NCBI GenBank assembly: GCA_963803435.1
Contig: CAWDML010000001.1
Span: 352,001-416,000 of the forward strand
Length of the DNA stretch: 64,000 nucleotides
Direction of reading: 5' to 3'
DNA from: an uncultured delta proteobacterium
GTDB taxonomy: Bacteria > Myxococcota > Kuafuiibacteriia > Kuafuiibacteriales > Kuafuiibacteriaceae
A program made the translations under genes and the position numbers. The notes under the pieces were generated by a model, which made no database searches, was not told the origin of the DNA, and saw only the letters and a list, made by a program, of their open reading frames with translations. Positions 9,268 to 20,247 of the stretch are shown here, one piece after another. How positions within the stretch are numbered: the first letter of the stretch is position 1; every line of letters starts with the position of its first letter.

Positions 9268-11318
9268 TTAGCCCGGCGCGTAGGGATCGCGGCCGGCGGC
9301 GCGCTCGTCGTCATCGTCCGTGCCGTCGTCGTCGAAGTCGGCGCGGGGCGGGAACGTCGTCCGGACCGACGGGAGCCCCTCGCGGTGCGTGCGCAGGATC
9401 TCGATCACCTGCTCGAAGGTCTCCCGGATCGGGTTCCGGATCCGCACCGAGCTCGGGAGCGGGACAAACTCGCCCTCGCGCTCGCTCGGGTAGAAGTGGC
9501 GGACGCCGGAGTCGCTGCTCCAGTTGGCGCCATGGGTGGCCGGCGCATACTGGACGACGATTCCGGTCTGACCGTCGGCGTTTCCGGACGCGGGGGAGGC
9601 GATCGCCGGCACGCCCTCGATGGGCCGGGCGTACGGCTCCAGCAATCCGAATCCTCCGGCTCGCGCGAGCGCGTCGGTCCCGACGTTCGACATGAGCTCA
9701 TCGTCCATCACCTCCAGCACCACCACGTGCCTCGGCCCGGTCCCGAGACGATCGCGGAAGTAGTGGGGCGCGTACGTCAGCGGATCCGCGGGATCGATCA
9801 GCGCTTCGACGAGCGCGACCGCTGGATGAAATCGATCGAAGTCCCCCTCGATCCCGTAGACGCTGCGGCCGAGCGGGACCAGCAGGGCGGAGAGCAGCGG
9901 AGAGGCGGGCACGATCACGTCGATGATGCCGCCGCCGCCGACGTCGAGGATGTACAGGTCGATCGCCGGCTCGACGCCGGCCAGCACACCGCCGATGATC
10001 GCGCCGAACGACTCACCCAGATAGGCGAGCCGGGAGGCGTCGAGAGGTCCCGGGACGCCCTGAACCTCACCGCTCTTCAGCGCGATCGCCAGCTGCGACA
10101 GGTCGAGAACCGATTGCCGGAAGCTGTCGCGGACGGCCGAGAGGTTGCGCAGGCCCTCGAGCAGATCGAGCGTAGAGATCGGGCCGGTGCGATCGCCGAA
10201 CCCGTCGGGCGCGTGCGCGTCTCCCGCGAAGTCCTCCGCGATCTGGGCCGTGTTGTTCTCCTCGTCCACGTCCTGCCAGCGCGCTCCGTGTCCCTCCATG
10301 TCGATCGCGACGAGCGCGTAGCCCGCCTCCGTGAGCGGCTCGGCGAAGGTGAGCATCGCGTGGCGGCTGGCACCCAAGCCGTGACCCAGGATCAGCGCCG
10401 GGTAGCCGGCGGCAGGCGCCGGGGCCCGCGGCAGGATGATCGTGACCGGGATCGACTCGCTCGCGATCGGGAGCGGTACGCCGCCCGCGTCGAGCTGGAA
10501 CGTCTCGTCGTCGGGACCATCGTCGCCGGTGTCGTCTCCGCGAAACCGGGTGCGATGAAGGACGCCCTGGACCACGGCCCCGACGTGGGCATGCGCGACC
10601 CCCGTCCGCGTCCATCCCCAGCGATCGCGCCCGGTCTCGTCGCGCTCCGGGCGTCCGAGCAGACAATCGAGCGCCGCGGTCGAGGAGAAGACCAGCGCGT
10701 CCGGGCCGACCTCGATGCGGGGCGCCGGCACCAGCGCCCGATCCTCGAGCCGCGCGCGGGCGGCCACCAGCACCTCGCTCGGCCCGCCGGTCGTGAAAAC
10801 GCACAGGGCGGCCGGCTCGCCGACCTCGGAGAGCGCCTCCGCCACCGACGCATCGACGAAGCGGGCCGCGCCAATCCTGGTGCCGTCGGCGGCGCGCACC
10901 CGGCGGGTGAGGACCGCGGCGTAGCGCGTACGCTCTCGCAGCACCGCCCCGGGGACCGGAGCGCCCTGGACGACGGAGCGCTCCGGGTTCCAGCGCCACT
11001 CCGTCGGGATCCGCTCTCCCGTCGAGAGCTCGAATCAGGAGCGCTGCGCCCGCATCGAGGGAGGACGGATCGAATCTCTCCGTCGATCGGGAACTCGATC
11101 TCCGGCCGAAGCCCGAAGCCGTCCAGGGTGGACAGGTGCCGGCGCAAGAGCTCGGTGTTGTCCGGAGCGATCGACTCCAGCCCTCGGATTCGACCGAGCC
11201 GGCCGTCGGCCTGGAGGACCGCGTCCGAGGGCATGGGCGCCTCGCCGAAGGCCGGCGGCCCCTCGCCAATCGAGCGCGGGACCGCGCTGGGCGTCGCCTC
11301 GCAGGCCAACGCCGCCAT
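9268..11318 (-). CDS. Lipase-like alpha/beta-hydrolase lipoprotein with N-terminal Ig-like region; two +1 frameshifts (~11074, ~11034)
   Basis: 'LILGHGLG' and nucleophile elbow 'YLGESFGAIIG'; N-terminal 'MAALAC...PMPSD...LSTLDGFG'. Removing one base at each GAATC restores 'DGEIDPSSLD' and 'LLIELSTGERIPTEWRWNP'. ATG overlaps the TetR stop; the signal peptide is unusually short. Confidence 0.7.
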
Positions 11319-11896
11319 CAGAAGAGCAGCGCCCGCGCCGTACGTGCCAGAGCGTCTGCCAGCTTCCGCGATCCGAGATCGCCAAACACCACCCAGCGTT
11401 GGATCTGCATCGTCATCGCACCGACCAGCGACCATCCGAGCACCTCCACATCGACCTGCTTCAACTTTCCCTTGGCGCCCAACCGCGAGAGCTTCGACGA
11501 GACCAGCTCCGCCTGCTGCGCGAGCGCCCTGTGCAGCGTGTCGCGCACCGAGGGGATGGCAGCGCCCTCGGTGAGCGCCAGACGTGCCACCACCTTGTGG
11601 GCGGACAGCGTCCTCACCAGGCCCTTCACCGCGAGATCGATCCCCTCATCGAGGCTCCCCGCCTCGGCCGTCACCTCGGCCGCCATCCGATAGAGCTCGG
11701 CCACCAGACGTGCCACCAGCGCCTCCACGACCGCCTCGCGAGAAGGAAACCGCGCGTAGAACGCCGTGGGCGAGATCTCGGCGCGCTCGATCAGCTGGCG
11801 CAGGGAGGTCTCGCCGAACCCCTGCTCGGCGAACAGCTGCTCCGCCGCCGCCAGGATCCGCTCATTGTCGAAGGCGCGGGCTCGACCCACGCCCAT
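11318..11896 (-). CDS. TetR/AcrR family transcriptional regulator
   Basis: HTH 'ERILAAAEQLFAEQGFGETSLRQLIERAEISPTAFYARFPSRE'. Confidence 0.92.
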   Translation of the reverse strand: MGVGRARAFDNERILAAAEQLFAEQGFGETSLRQLIERAEISPTAFYARFPSREAVVEALVARLVAELYRMAAEVTAEAGSLDEGIDLAVKGLVRTLSAHKVVARLALTEGAAIPSVRDTLHRALAQQAELVSSKLSRLGAKGKLKQVDVEVLGWSLVGAMTMQIQRWVVFGDLGSRKLADALARTARALLF

Positions 11897-11928
11897 CCCT
11901 TACCAATCGGGCGTTAGAAAGACAATAG

Positions 11929-11948
11929 GATAACGAACGTTCGTTATC
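11929..11948. promoter_or_regulatory. Perfect 20-bp palindrome, probable TetR operator
   Basis: GATAACGAAC|GTTCGTTATC in an AT-rich spacer 32 bp upstream of the tetR start. Confidence 0.7.
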
Positions 11949-11954
11949 TAATAC

Positions 11955-12449
11955 CTACCTGTGGACGCACGGGCCCCACTGCGCCGCCAGGTCGGCGGCG
12001 TCGGCCGAGGTCGGCTCTGTCTTCCAGTTGCCCTTCTTCATCACCGAGGTACGGCTTACGTGGAAGAGATCGAACGCGTGCCCGAGCTCGTGCGCCAGCA
12101 CGACCGCCATCGCGTGCTCATCGTCGACCCGGCGCGCCAGCCGGACCACCTGCGCCTGGTCGTCGTACGCGCCCAGATACAGGTTGGAGTCGACGAAGAC
12201 AATCGGGAGCTCGGCCGCAGCCGGATACCGCGCGAGCGTCAAGGACGTCGAGGCGACCGCGTCCCACATCGCGACTGCGTCCGCGACGCTCGCGAGCTGT
12301 TGATCGGTGGCGTCGGCCGCCGGCGCCAGCACCAGCGGCTCGCACGCGTCGTAGACGTGGAGAAACGCTCCCGGCTTGCCGCAGGCCGCCGACGTGAGGA
12401 CGAGCGTGGCGACCAGGATTCCTCCGGCCGTCCGGTGAAAGGCGTGCAC
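11955..12449 (-). CDS. Matrixin-like (metzincin) metalloprotease lipoprotein
   Basis: Lipobox 'LTSAAC'; zinc motif HELGHAFDLFH followed by Met-turn 'TSVM'. Confidence 0.8.
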   Translation of the reverse strand: MHAFHRTAGGILVATLVLTSAACGKPGAFLHVYDACEPLVLAPAADATDQQLASVADAVAMWDAVASTSLTLARYPAAAELPIVFVDSNLYLGAYDDQAQVVRLARRVDDEHAMAVVLAHELGHAFDLFHVSRTSVMKKGNWKTEPTSADAADLAAQWGPCVHR

Positions 12450-12530
12450 GGGCGACAGAATAGGCGGGACGCCGGGCGATTCAAGTCGCGGCCCGCCCGG
12501 CGTCTCGCGATCGTACGTTCGCGCGCGCTC

Positions 12531-12887
12531 TCAGCAGTAGCTGTCGATCGCGCGCATGATCTGCTCGTAGCTGACGGGCTTCTCCAGGATCTCGGCGGCG
12601 TCGATGGTGCTGCTGCGATCGCGCCCCGCCGCGGTGACGACCACGACCGGGATGTCCGCGTAGTGATGGAGCTTCTTCTGCCGCGTGCGAAACTCCCAGC
12701 CGTCCATCACCGGCATCATCAGGTCGAGAAAGATCACGCAGGGAGTCTCGCCGCCGGTGACCAGGTGGTCGAGCGCCGCCTGGCCGTTGTCGACGCAGAT
12801 CACCTCGTAGCCCTCGACCTCGAGGATCGCGCAGAACGCGTCGCGAATGTCCGGGTCGTCATCGACGATCATGACCGTCTTCGTCAT
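12531..12887 (-). CDS. Single-domain response regulator (CheY-like)
   Basis: 'VMIVDDD', 'FLDLMMPVMDG', 'LEKP'; ATGA overlap with the kinase. Confidence 0.93.
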   Translation of the reverse strand: MTKTVMIVDDDPDIRDAFCAILEVEGYEVICVDNGQAALDHLVTGGETPCVIFLDLMMPVMDGWEFRTRQKKLHHYADIPVVVVTAAGRDRSSTIDAAEILEKPVSYEQIMRAIDSYC

Positions 12888-15017
12888 GGCACTTCCGCTC
12901 CTACCGGAAGGTAGACCGTGAAGGTCGAGCCTTCATTGGGCTGGCTGGTCACGTCGACGGTCCCTCCATGAGCTTCGCAGATTTGGCGCACGATCCAGAG
13001 CCCCAGTCCGAGACCGCCGAGGTTGCGGGCGGCCTCCGTCCGTTCGAAGCGCTGGAAGATACGGTCGAGGTCCTCCGAGGCGACGCCGATCCCGTGGTCG
13101 CGCACCTCGATCACGGCGCGCGCTCCCTCGGTCGAGAGCCTGAGCTCGATCGGTCTGCGGGCGCCGTACTTGAGCGCGTTCTCCACCAGGTTCGTCATGA
13201 TTTGGTCGACGCGGCCCTTGTCCCATTCACCGACGACGGGCGCGCTCGCGATCAGCTGCAGCGTCGACCCGGCATGCGCCGCAGCCGTCTCGAAGCGATC
13301 GACGAGCTCCTGCGCGAGCGCGACCAGGTCGAACCGTTCACGCTGAAGGACCAGTCGGTCGTCCGCCATCCGGGAGACGTCGAGGAGCTCGCTGGCGAGC
13401 TGCGCCAACCGCTGGCTCTGCTTCCGCGCCTTCTGAAAGCGGTCGATCACCTTGTCGGGGGCCAGCTGGGCGAGCCGTCCGTCCGTCGCGTACTGGAGCA
13501 GCGCGGTGAGATGGAGCTCGAGCGTCATCAACGGCGTCCTGAGCTCGTGGGATGCGACCGAGAGGAAGTCGTCTCGCCGGGCGATCGCCTTCTGCGCCTC
13601 ACGATAGAGGCGCGCGTTCTCGATCGCGATCCCGGCGCGACGCCCCAGCTCCTCCGCGAGTGCGAGGTCGTCGGCTCGGTAACGTCGGGCCGACTCCGCA
13701 AAGACGAGCGTCATCGCGCCGAAGATCTTACCGCGGAGGTTCAAGGGCACGATCATGATGGAGCGGAGTGAGAGCTCCCGAACGAGCCGCAGGTACTCTT
13801 CGTCCCGCGCACCCGCCACCAGCATCTCGTTCGTGACCTCGGGGTAGAGCTCGGACACGCCGGTCTTGAGGACGTTTGGGACGCCCCGTGGGGCCTCCAG
13901 TTTCGGCGGATAGCGTTCGCGCAGCACCCGGGCCAGGGCGATCTTGTCGGCATCCCGGTGCGCCACCGCCACCGACCGGATCACGCCCGCCTCCAGCAGA
14001 TCGATCCCGCACCAATCCGCGAGCCCGGGCACCAGCAGATCCGCCAGCGCGCGGAGGGTCTGGTCCAGGTCGAGCGTCTCCGAGAGCGTCGAGGTGGCCT
14101 GCACCAGGAACCGCAGCGCATCCTGCTGCGAGCGCTCCGAGGTGACATCGTGCCAGATGTTGATCGCGAGCTCGGGTCGGCCGTCGACATCGAAGACAGG
14201 GCTTGCCTGCACCCGGGTCCACCACTCACGCCCCGTGCTCCGCTCCCGCACGTGCAGGGTGACGGGCTTCGGATGCTCACCGCGCAACGCCTGACGCCCC
14301 GGCAGCATGTCGAAGTTGGCCGGGCGACCGCTCTCGTCCAATACGTCGAACCTCTCGATGATCTCCGCCGAGGTTGCCGCCAGCATCGACGACGACGACT
14401 CGTAACCGCAGAGACAAGCGGCGGCGTCATTGGCGTAGATCAGCCTGCCGGAGGGGATCCTGGACGCTGATCCCGTCGCGGACGCCCTCGAGAATGACCT
14501 CGAGACGGCGAAGCAGCGCCATCTCGCGCGCGTGGCTCCGCCGGAGCTCGACCTCGGCCTCCTGGGCGGCGATACGTTCGGCCTGCGCACGGGCCAGCTC
14601 CACCTCGAGCTGCTCCGCCTTCCGACGCTCCGTCAAATCGCGCGTCACCTTGGCGAAGCCGCGCAGCGTGCCCGACGGTTCGTGCAGCGCCGTGATCACG
14701 ACGTTGGCCCAGAAGGGGGTGCCGTCCTTTCTGAGGCGCCAGCCTTCGTCCTCGAAGCGCCCGGCCCGCGCGGCCACCTCGAGCTCGTAGGCCGGCTTGC
14801 CCGTCCCGAGATCCTCGGCGGTGTAGAACTTCGAGAAGTGTTCTCCGATAATCTCGTCGGCCGAGTAGCCCTTGATGAGACGGGCACCCTGATTCCAGCT
14901 CAGGATGCGACCGTTGGGGTCCAGCATGAAGATCGCGTAGTCCTCGACGCTCTCGACCAGGATCTTGTAGTCGCTCTCCTTCAGCTCGTTGGGCGCCTCG
15001 TTCGCTCGCTGACGCAT
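12884..15017 (-). CDS. PAS-PAS-GAF sensor histidine kinase, +1 frameshift near 14455
   Basis: PAS 'YAIFMLDPNG..SWNQGA..KGY', 'RKDGTPFWANVVIT'; GAF 'LADWCGID'; H-box 'ASHELRTPL'; 'NLVENALKYG', 'DHGIG', 'GLGLGL'. Extra C in gatcccctcc. Confidence 0.9.
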
Positions 15018-15117
15018 GATGCTGGGCCCTTTGAGGCCATAGCCGAGCCCGTCGTCTCTGGCAATCCGGGAGTCCCGCTGCATGCGGCGAAGCGAATGTA
15101 CAAAAACGTCTCGGTGC

Positions 15118-15702
15118 TCAGGCCATCCCGAAGTACGTGGGCTCGTTGCCGGGCTTCCACTTGATGTTACAGCCCATGGACGGCCTCTGGTCGTCGCTCA
15201 CGGGCGTACCGGCGAGAACTGCGTCGAGCGCCGCCCGGAGATCGCGTCCGTCGTTCGGTTGGTCGTTGCTCGGCCGCGCGGCGTCGAGCTGACCGCGGTA
15301 CACCAGCGCGCGATCCCGATCGAACACGAAGAAGTCCGGCGTACAGGCGGCGCGGTAGGCCTTCGCCACCGCCTGGGTCTCATCCGAGAGATAGGGGAAG
15401 GTGTACCCGCGGGCCTCGATCTCGCGCTTCATCGCATCCGGGCCGTCGTCCGGATACGTCTCCGCATCGTTCGAGTTGATGCCGAACACGGCGACGCCCT
15501 TGGCCTGATAGTCCCGCGCGAGCCGGGCGATCTCGCCGGCCACGTGCTTCACGTACGGGCAATGGTTGCAGATGAACATCACCAGGATCGCGTTCGACCC
15601 CGCGGCGGCGTCGAGCGAGACCATCTCGCCTCGAGCGTCCGGAAGCGAAAACTCGGGTGCTGAGGTCCCGAGCGGAAGCATGGTGCTGAGCGTTCTGACC
15701 AT
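15118..15702 (-). CDS. Thioredoxin-family (AhpC/TSA, peroxiredoxin-like) protein
   Basis: 'FICNHCPYV', 'YRAACTPDFF', 'GCNIKW'. Confidence 0.92.
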   Translation of the reverse strand: MVRTLSTMLPLGTSAPEFSLPDARGEMVSLDAAAGSNAILVMFICNHCPYVKHVAGEIARLARDYQAKGVAVFGINSNDAETYPDDGPDAMKREIEARGYTFPYLSDETQAVAKAYRAACTPDFFVFDRDRALVYRGQLDAARPSNDQPNDGRDLRAALDAVLAGTPVSDDQRPSMGCNIKWKPGNEPTYFGMA

Positions 15703-15713
15703 CTTGGTTCACC

Positions 15714-18700
15714 TCATCGCAGCGCCATCGGCCGGCGCAAGAGATACTCGTCCCACGCGAGGATCCCGAGATCCTTCGGGCTCCGGTTCCAGCGTAGCGC
15801 CTCCACCAGCGCCCGCGCGAGCTGAAGATCCGTGATCAGCGGGATCCCGGCGTCCACCGCGCGCCGGCGAATGAAGTAGCCGTCGGGTCGACCAAGCTCG
15901 TCGTACTCGCGCGGCACGTTGATCACCAGGTCGACGAGACCCTCGTCGATCGCAGCGATCGCGCCGCCGTCCGCAGGCTTCTTCGCGATGGCGGTACACT
16001 CGATCCCGACCTCGTGAAGCATCTTCGCGGTCCCCTCGGTCGCATAGATGGGGAGGCTCAGCTCCTCCGCGACCACCCGCGCCTCATCCACGAAGGAAAA
16101 CTTGTCCTCGATCGGTCCGAGCGAGAGCAGCACGCCTTTCTCGGGGAATCGAAAGCCCGCCGAGAGGAGCGCGTGGAGGAGCGCCTCGTGAGCGTCGTCC
16201 CCAAAGCATCCGACCTCGCCGGTGCTGGCCATCTCCACACCGAGCATCGGGTCGGCGCCCACCAGCCGCGAGAACGAGAACTGCGGCACCTTGGCGGCGA
16301 CGTAGTCGAGATCGAAGGCCCGGTTCCGGACCTCGTCCTGCACCCCCAGCATGCGGCGCGTCGCCTCGCGGACGAAGTTGTTGCCCGTGACCTTGGAGAC
16401 GAACGGGAAGCTGCGCGACGCCCGCAGGTTGCACTCGATCACCCGGACCCCGTTGTTCTTCGCCAGCATCTGGACGTTGAAGGGGCCGGTGATCTCGAGC
16501 GCCGACGCCAGCGCGTCCGCGATCTTCCGCGCCTTGTGGACCGTCGGGATCGAGATCGATTGCGGAGGCAGCATCAGCGTCGCGTCGCCCGAGTGGACCC
16601 CGGCGTCCTCGACGTGCTCGCTGATCGCCCACAGGATGAGCTCGCCGTGATCGGCGACCGCGTCGATCTCGATCTCGCGCGCGTGCGTCTCGAACGCCGT
16701 GATCACCACCGGGTGCTCCGGCGAGACGCGCTTGGCGCGCTCGAGGATCCGCTTCAGCTCGTGGGGCTCGTGCGCGACGCTCATGGCGGCGCCCGACAGC
16801 ACGTAGCTCGGCCGAACCAGGACCGGAAAGCCGCCCAGCTTCTCGACCAGGGCCGGACCTTCGGCGACCTCGGTCATATGCACCCACTTGGGCTGATCGA
16901 TCCCGAGGTCGTCGAGGAGCGCTGAGAACTTGCTGCGATCCTCGGCGCGGTCGATGTTCTGCGGGCTGGTCCCCAGCACCCGCACTCCGTTCTTGTGCAG
17001 CCGGATCGCCAGGTTGTTCGGGATCTGTCCGCCCATGCTGACGATGACGCCGTCGGGCTTCTCGCGCTCGTACAGCTCGAGCACCGACTCGAAGCTCACT
17101 TCGTCGAACACCAGCTTGTCGCAGACGTCGTAGTCGGTGCTCACGGTCTCGGGGTTGTAGTTGACCATGATGGTCTCGTACCCGAGCTCGGAGGCCGCCT
17201 TGGCGGCGTTGACGCAGCACCAGTCGAACTCGACGCTCGAGCCGATCCGGTAGGTGCCCGATCCCAGCACCATCACCTTCTTGCGCCAGGAGACCTCACT
17301 CTCCGACTGGGACGCGTGATAGGTCGTGTAGAGGTAGTTGGTCTCGGCGGGAAACTCCGCCGCCAGGGTGTCGATCTTCGCCAGGTGCGGATTGATGTTC
17401 ATCGCCTTGCGGGAGCGCCGGGTGGATCCGGGATCCGATCCGGTGAGCTCGTCGACGGCCTGATCCGAGAACCCGAGCTGCTTGGCGTGCCGGACGGTGG
17501 ACTCGTCCAGCGGGAAGGTGCGCCGCTTCAGCTCGCTGTGCATCTTGGCGATGTCGGCGATGTGATGGAGGAACCAGCGATCGATCCGGGTGGCCTTGTG
17601 CACCTCCTCGACCGACTCGCCGTCCCGCAGCGCGCGGCAGATCCCGAACAGCCGCAGCGGCGTCGGCTTCCGCCACGCGTCCGGGCGGGCGCCGTCCAGC
17701 AGCCTGGCGTCGGGGTCGAGGCCGCGCACGCCGATGTCGAGCATCCGCACGGCCTTCTGGATCACCTCCGCGAAGGTACGGCCGATCGCCATCACCTCGC
17801 CGACGCTCTTCATCTCCGTGCCGATCTCGGTGGAGGCGCCCTTGAACTTGGCGAGGTCCCAGCGCGGGAACTTGCACACGATGTAGTCCAGGGCCGGCTC
17901 GAAGAACGCCGTGGTCCGGCGGGTGATCCCGTTCGGGATCTCGGGGAGCGTGTAGCCGAGCGCCAGCTTCGCGGCCACGTACGCCAGCGGGTAGCCGGTC
18001 GCCTTGCTGGCCAGCGCGGACGACCTCGACAGCCGTGCGTTCACCTCGATCACGCGATAGTCGCTGGTGGCCGGATCGAGCGCGTACTGGATGTTGCATT
18101 CGCCGACGATCCCGAGGTGGCGGATCGTCTTGATCGCGATGGTGCGGAGGTCCTGGTACTCCTGGTCGCTGAGCGTCTGCGAGGGCGCCACCACCACCGA
18201 CTCGCCCGTGTGGATCCCCATCGGATCGAGGTTCTCCATGTTGCAGACGGTGATGCAGTTGTCCCGCCAGTCGCGGACGACCTCGTACTCGATCTCCTTC
18301 CAGCCTGCGAGGTACTCCTCGACCAGCACCTGCTCGTTCCCGGTGAAGGCGCGGTCGAGCGCGTCCTTCACCTCCGCCTCGGTCTTCACGACCGAGCTGC
18401 CCTGCCCGCCCAGCGAGAAGCCCGAGCGCAGCATCACCGGAAGGCCGATCTCCGCGATCGCGGCGATCGCCTGGACGGGGCTGGTACAGGCGCGGCTCTT
18501 CGCGGTCTTGACCCCGATCTCCGCGAGCCGCTCGATGAAGAGGGCGCGGTCCTCGGTGTCCCGGATCGTGGTCACCGGCGTGCCCAGCACGCGCACGCCG
18601 TACTTCTCGAGCACGCCCTGCCGATCGAGCTCGAGCCCGGCGTTGAGCGCGGTCTGACCTCCGAACGCGAGCAGGATCGCGTCGATCTCCTCCTTCACGA

Positions 18701-18941
18701 TGATGCGCTCGAGGAAGTCGGGCGTGATCGCCTGGAGGTAGATCCGATCGGCGAAGCCGGCGCTGGTCTGCACCGTCGCGATGTTGGGGTTGATGAGGAC
18801 GGTCCTGATCCCCTCCTCGGAGAGCGCCTTGATCGCCTGAGCGCCCGAGTAGTCGAACTCGCCGGCCTGACCGATCTTGAGCGCGCCCGATCCGAGGACC
18901 AGCACGCGCTTCGGCTTCTTGGGAATGTAGGCGCCGTACAT
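15714..18941 (-). CDS. carB: Carbamoyl-phosphate synthase large subunit
   Basis: 'GSGALKIGQAGEFDYSG', 'GIHTGES', 'NPETVSTDYD', 'EDAGVHSGDA', C-terminal MGS domain. Confidence 0.97.
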   Translation of the reverse strand: MYGAYIPKKPKRVLVLGSGALKIGQAGEFDYSGAQAIKALSEEGIRTVLINPNIATVQTSAGFADRIYLQAITPDFLERIIVKEEIDAILLAFGGQTALNAGLELDRQGVLEKYGVRVLGTPVTTIRDTEDRALFIERLAEIGVKTAKSRACTSPVQAIAAIAEIGLPVMLRSGFSLGGQGSSVVKTEAEVKDALDRAFTGNEQVLVEEYLAGWKEIEYEVVRDWRDNCITVCNMENLDPMGIHTGESVVVAPSQTLSDQEYQDLRTIAIKTIRHLGIVGECNIQYALDPATSDYRVIEVNARLSRSSALASKATGYPLAYVAAKLALGYTLPEIPNGITRRTTAFFEPALDYIVCKFPRWDLAKFKGASTEIGTEMKSVGEVMAIGRTFAEVIQKAVRMLDIGVRGLDPDARLLDGARPDAWRKPTPLRLFGICRALRDGESVEEVHKATRIDRWFLHHIADIAKMHSELKRRTFPLDESTVRHAKQLGFSDQAVDELTGSDPGSTRRSRKAMNINPHLAKIDTLAAEFPAETNYLYTTYHASQSESEVSWRKKVMVLGSGTYRIGSSVEFDWCCVNAAKAASELGYETIMVNYNPETVSTDYDVCDKLVFDEVSFESVLELYEREKPDGVIVSMGGQIPNNLAIRLHKNGVRVLGTSPQNIDRAEDRSKFSALLDDLGIDQPKWVHMTEVAEGPALVEKLGGFPVLVRPSYVLSGAAMSVAHEPHELKRILERAKRVSPEHPVVITAFETHAREIEIDAVADHGELILWAISEHVEDAGVHSGDATLMLPPQSISIPTVHKARKIADALASALEITGPFNVQMLAKNNGVRVIECNLRASRSFPFVSKVTGNNFVREATRRMLGVQDEVRNRAFDLDYVAAKVPQFSFSRLVGADPMLGVEMASTGEVGCFGDDAHEALLHALLSAGFRFPEKGVLLSLGPIEDKFSFVDEARVVAEELSLPIYATEGTAKMLHEVGIECTAIAKKPADGGAIAAIDEGLVDLVINVPREYDELGRPDGYFIRRRAVDAGIPLITDLQLARALVEALRWNRSPKDLGILAWDEYLLRRPMALR

Positions 18942-18944
18942 CGG

Positions 18945-20036
18945 CTAGCTCCTGATGGCTCCGACCAGGCGGAGGAAGTCGTCGAAGAGGAACCCCGTGT
19001 CTTCGGGGCCGGGGCTGGCCTCGGGGTGGAACTGAACGCTGAAGTACGGCTTGTTGCGGCACCGGATGCCTTCATTGGTGCCGTCGTTGAGATTCACGAA
19101 CCATTGCTCCCAGTCGCTGGGGAGCGACGCGTCCTTCACGGCGTAGCCGTGGTTCTGGCTGGTGATGTAGCAGCGCCGCGTGAGGAGATCCTGGACGGGT
19201 TGGTTCACGCCGCGGTGTCCGTACGGGAGCTTGCCCGTGTCGGCCCCGGCCGCGAGCCCGAGGATCTGATTGCCCAGACAGACGCCGAAGATCGGCCGCT
19301 CGTAACCGCCGAGCAGCACGCGAACCTTCTCGATCAGCACCGAGAGATCCTTCGGATCACCGGGGCCGTTTCCGATCAGGACCCCGTCGCAGCTCCGGGC
19401 GAGGGCGACGACGTCGGCGTGCCAGGGCGCGCGCGTCACCTTCGCGCCGCGCTCGAGGAGCGAGCGGACGAGGTTGTCCTTGGCGCCGGCGTCCACCAGC
19501 AGGATGTGCTGGTCTCCCGACCCGTGCTGAATCGGCACCTTCGGAGCGACCAGCCGGAAGACCTCCTCGGTCATCTCCACCTCGGAGGCGGCCGCCTTCG
19601 CGTCCTCGAACCGATAGTTCTCGGGGAACAGCCACCCGCGCATCGTCCCCTTCTCGCGGAGCTTCTGCGTCAGGAGCCGGGTGTCGACCCCCGTCATGGC
19701 CGGGATGTCCTCGCCCATGAGCCACTGCGCGAGCGAACGCTTGCCGAGCCAATGGCTGTGGGCGTCGACGTAGTGCTGCACGATCAGGCCCTGGACCTGG
19801 ATCCGCTCCGACTCGTACGGCCGGTCCAGCGAGCCGGGCGGCCGCGGCATCGGCACGCCGTAGTTGCCGATCAGGGGATAGGTCAAGACCAGGATCTGAC
19901 CCTTGTACGAGGGATCGGTGAGCGCCTCGATGTAACCGGTCATCCCGGTGTTGAAGACCACCTCGCCGGCCACCGGGCGCATCGCTCCAAAGCCGCGCCC
20001 ATCGAGCTCGGTCCCGTCCTCCAGCACGAGCTTCAT
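18945..20036 (-). CDS. carA: Carbamoyl-phosphate synthase small (glutaminase) subunit
   Basis: 'GEVVFNTGMTGY..LTDPSY.GQI', 'NGPGDP', 'FGVCLGNQ', 'VQFHPEASPGP'. Confidence 0.97.
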   Translation of the reverse strand: MKLVLEDGTELDGRGFGAMRPVAGEVVFNTGMTGYIEALTDPSYKGQILVLTYPLIGNYGVPMPRPPGSLDRPYESERIQVQGLIVQHYVDAHSHWLGKRSLAQWLMGEDIPAMTGVDTRLLTQKLREKGTMRGWLFPENYRFEDAKAAASEVEMTEEVFRLVAPKVPIQHGSGDQHILLVDAGAKDNLVRSLLERGAKVTRAPWHADVVALARSCDGVLIGNGPGDPKDLSVLIEKVRVLLGGYERPIFGVCLGNQILGLAAGADTGKLPYGHRGVNQPVQDLLTRRCYITSQNHGYAVKDASLPSDWEQWFVNLNDGTNEGIRCRNKPYFSVQFHPEASPGPEDTGFLFDDFLRLVGAIRS

Positions 20037-20247
20037 CGGGTCGACAGGGACACCAACCTACGAGCGGAGTCAAACGCGATCGCACCCGGTGCGTCCTGGC
20101 GCTCGGCTCGAACCCTCGCCGGCGACCCGGACGTAGCCCGTTGCCCTGCAACCCAGCTTGCATCGGCCGGAGGTCGGTGCAGCGGCGACATCGATGCAGC
20201 GTACGGATCGTCTGGACGAGCCTCTGCATGTGCCTAAGAAGCTCTCG

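Noticed and set aside
16995-20237. Long antisense ORFs (this 1080-aa one, also 31497..34202, 4631..6568, 56729..59047)
   Set aside because: Shadow frames of real genes in high-GC DNA with no recognisable motifs.
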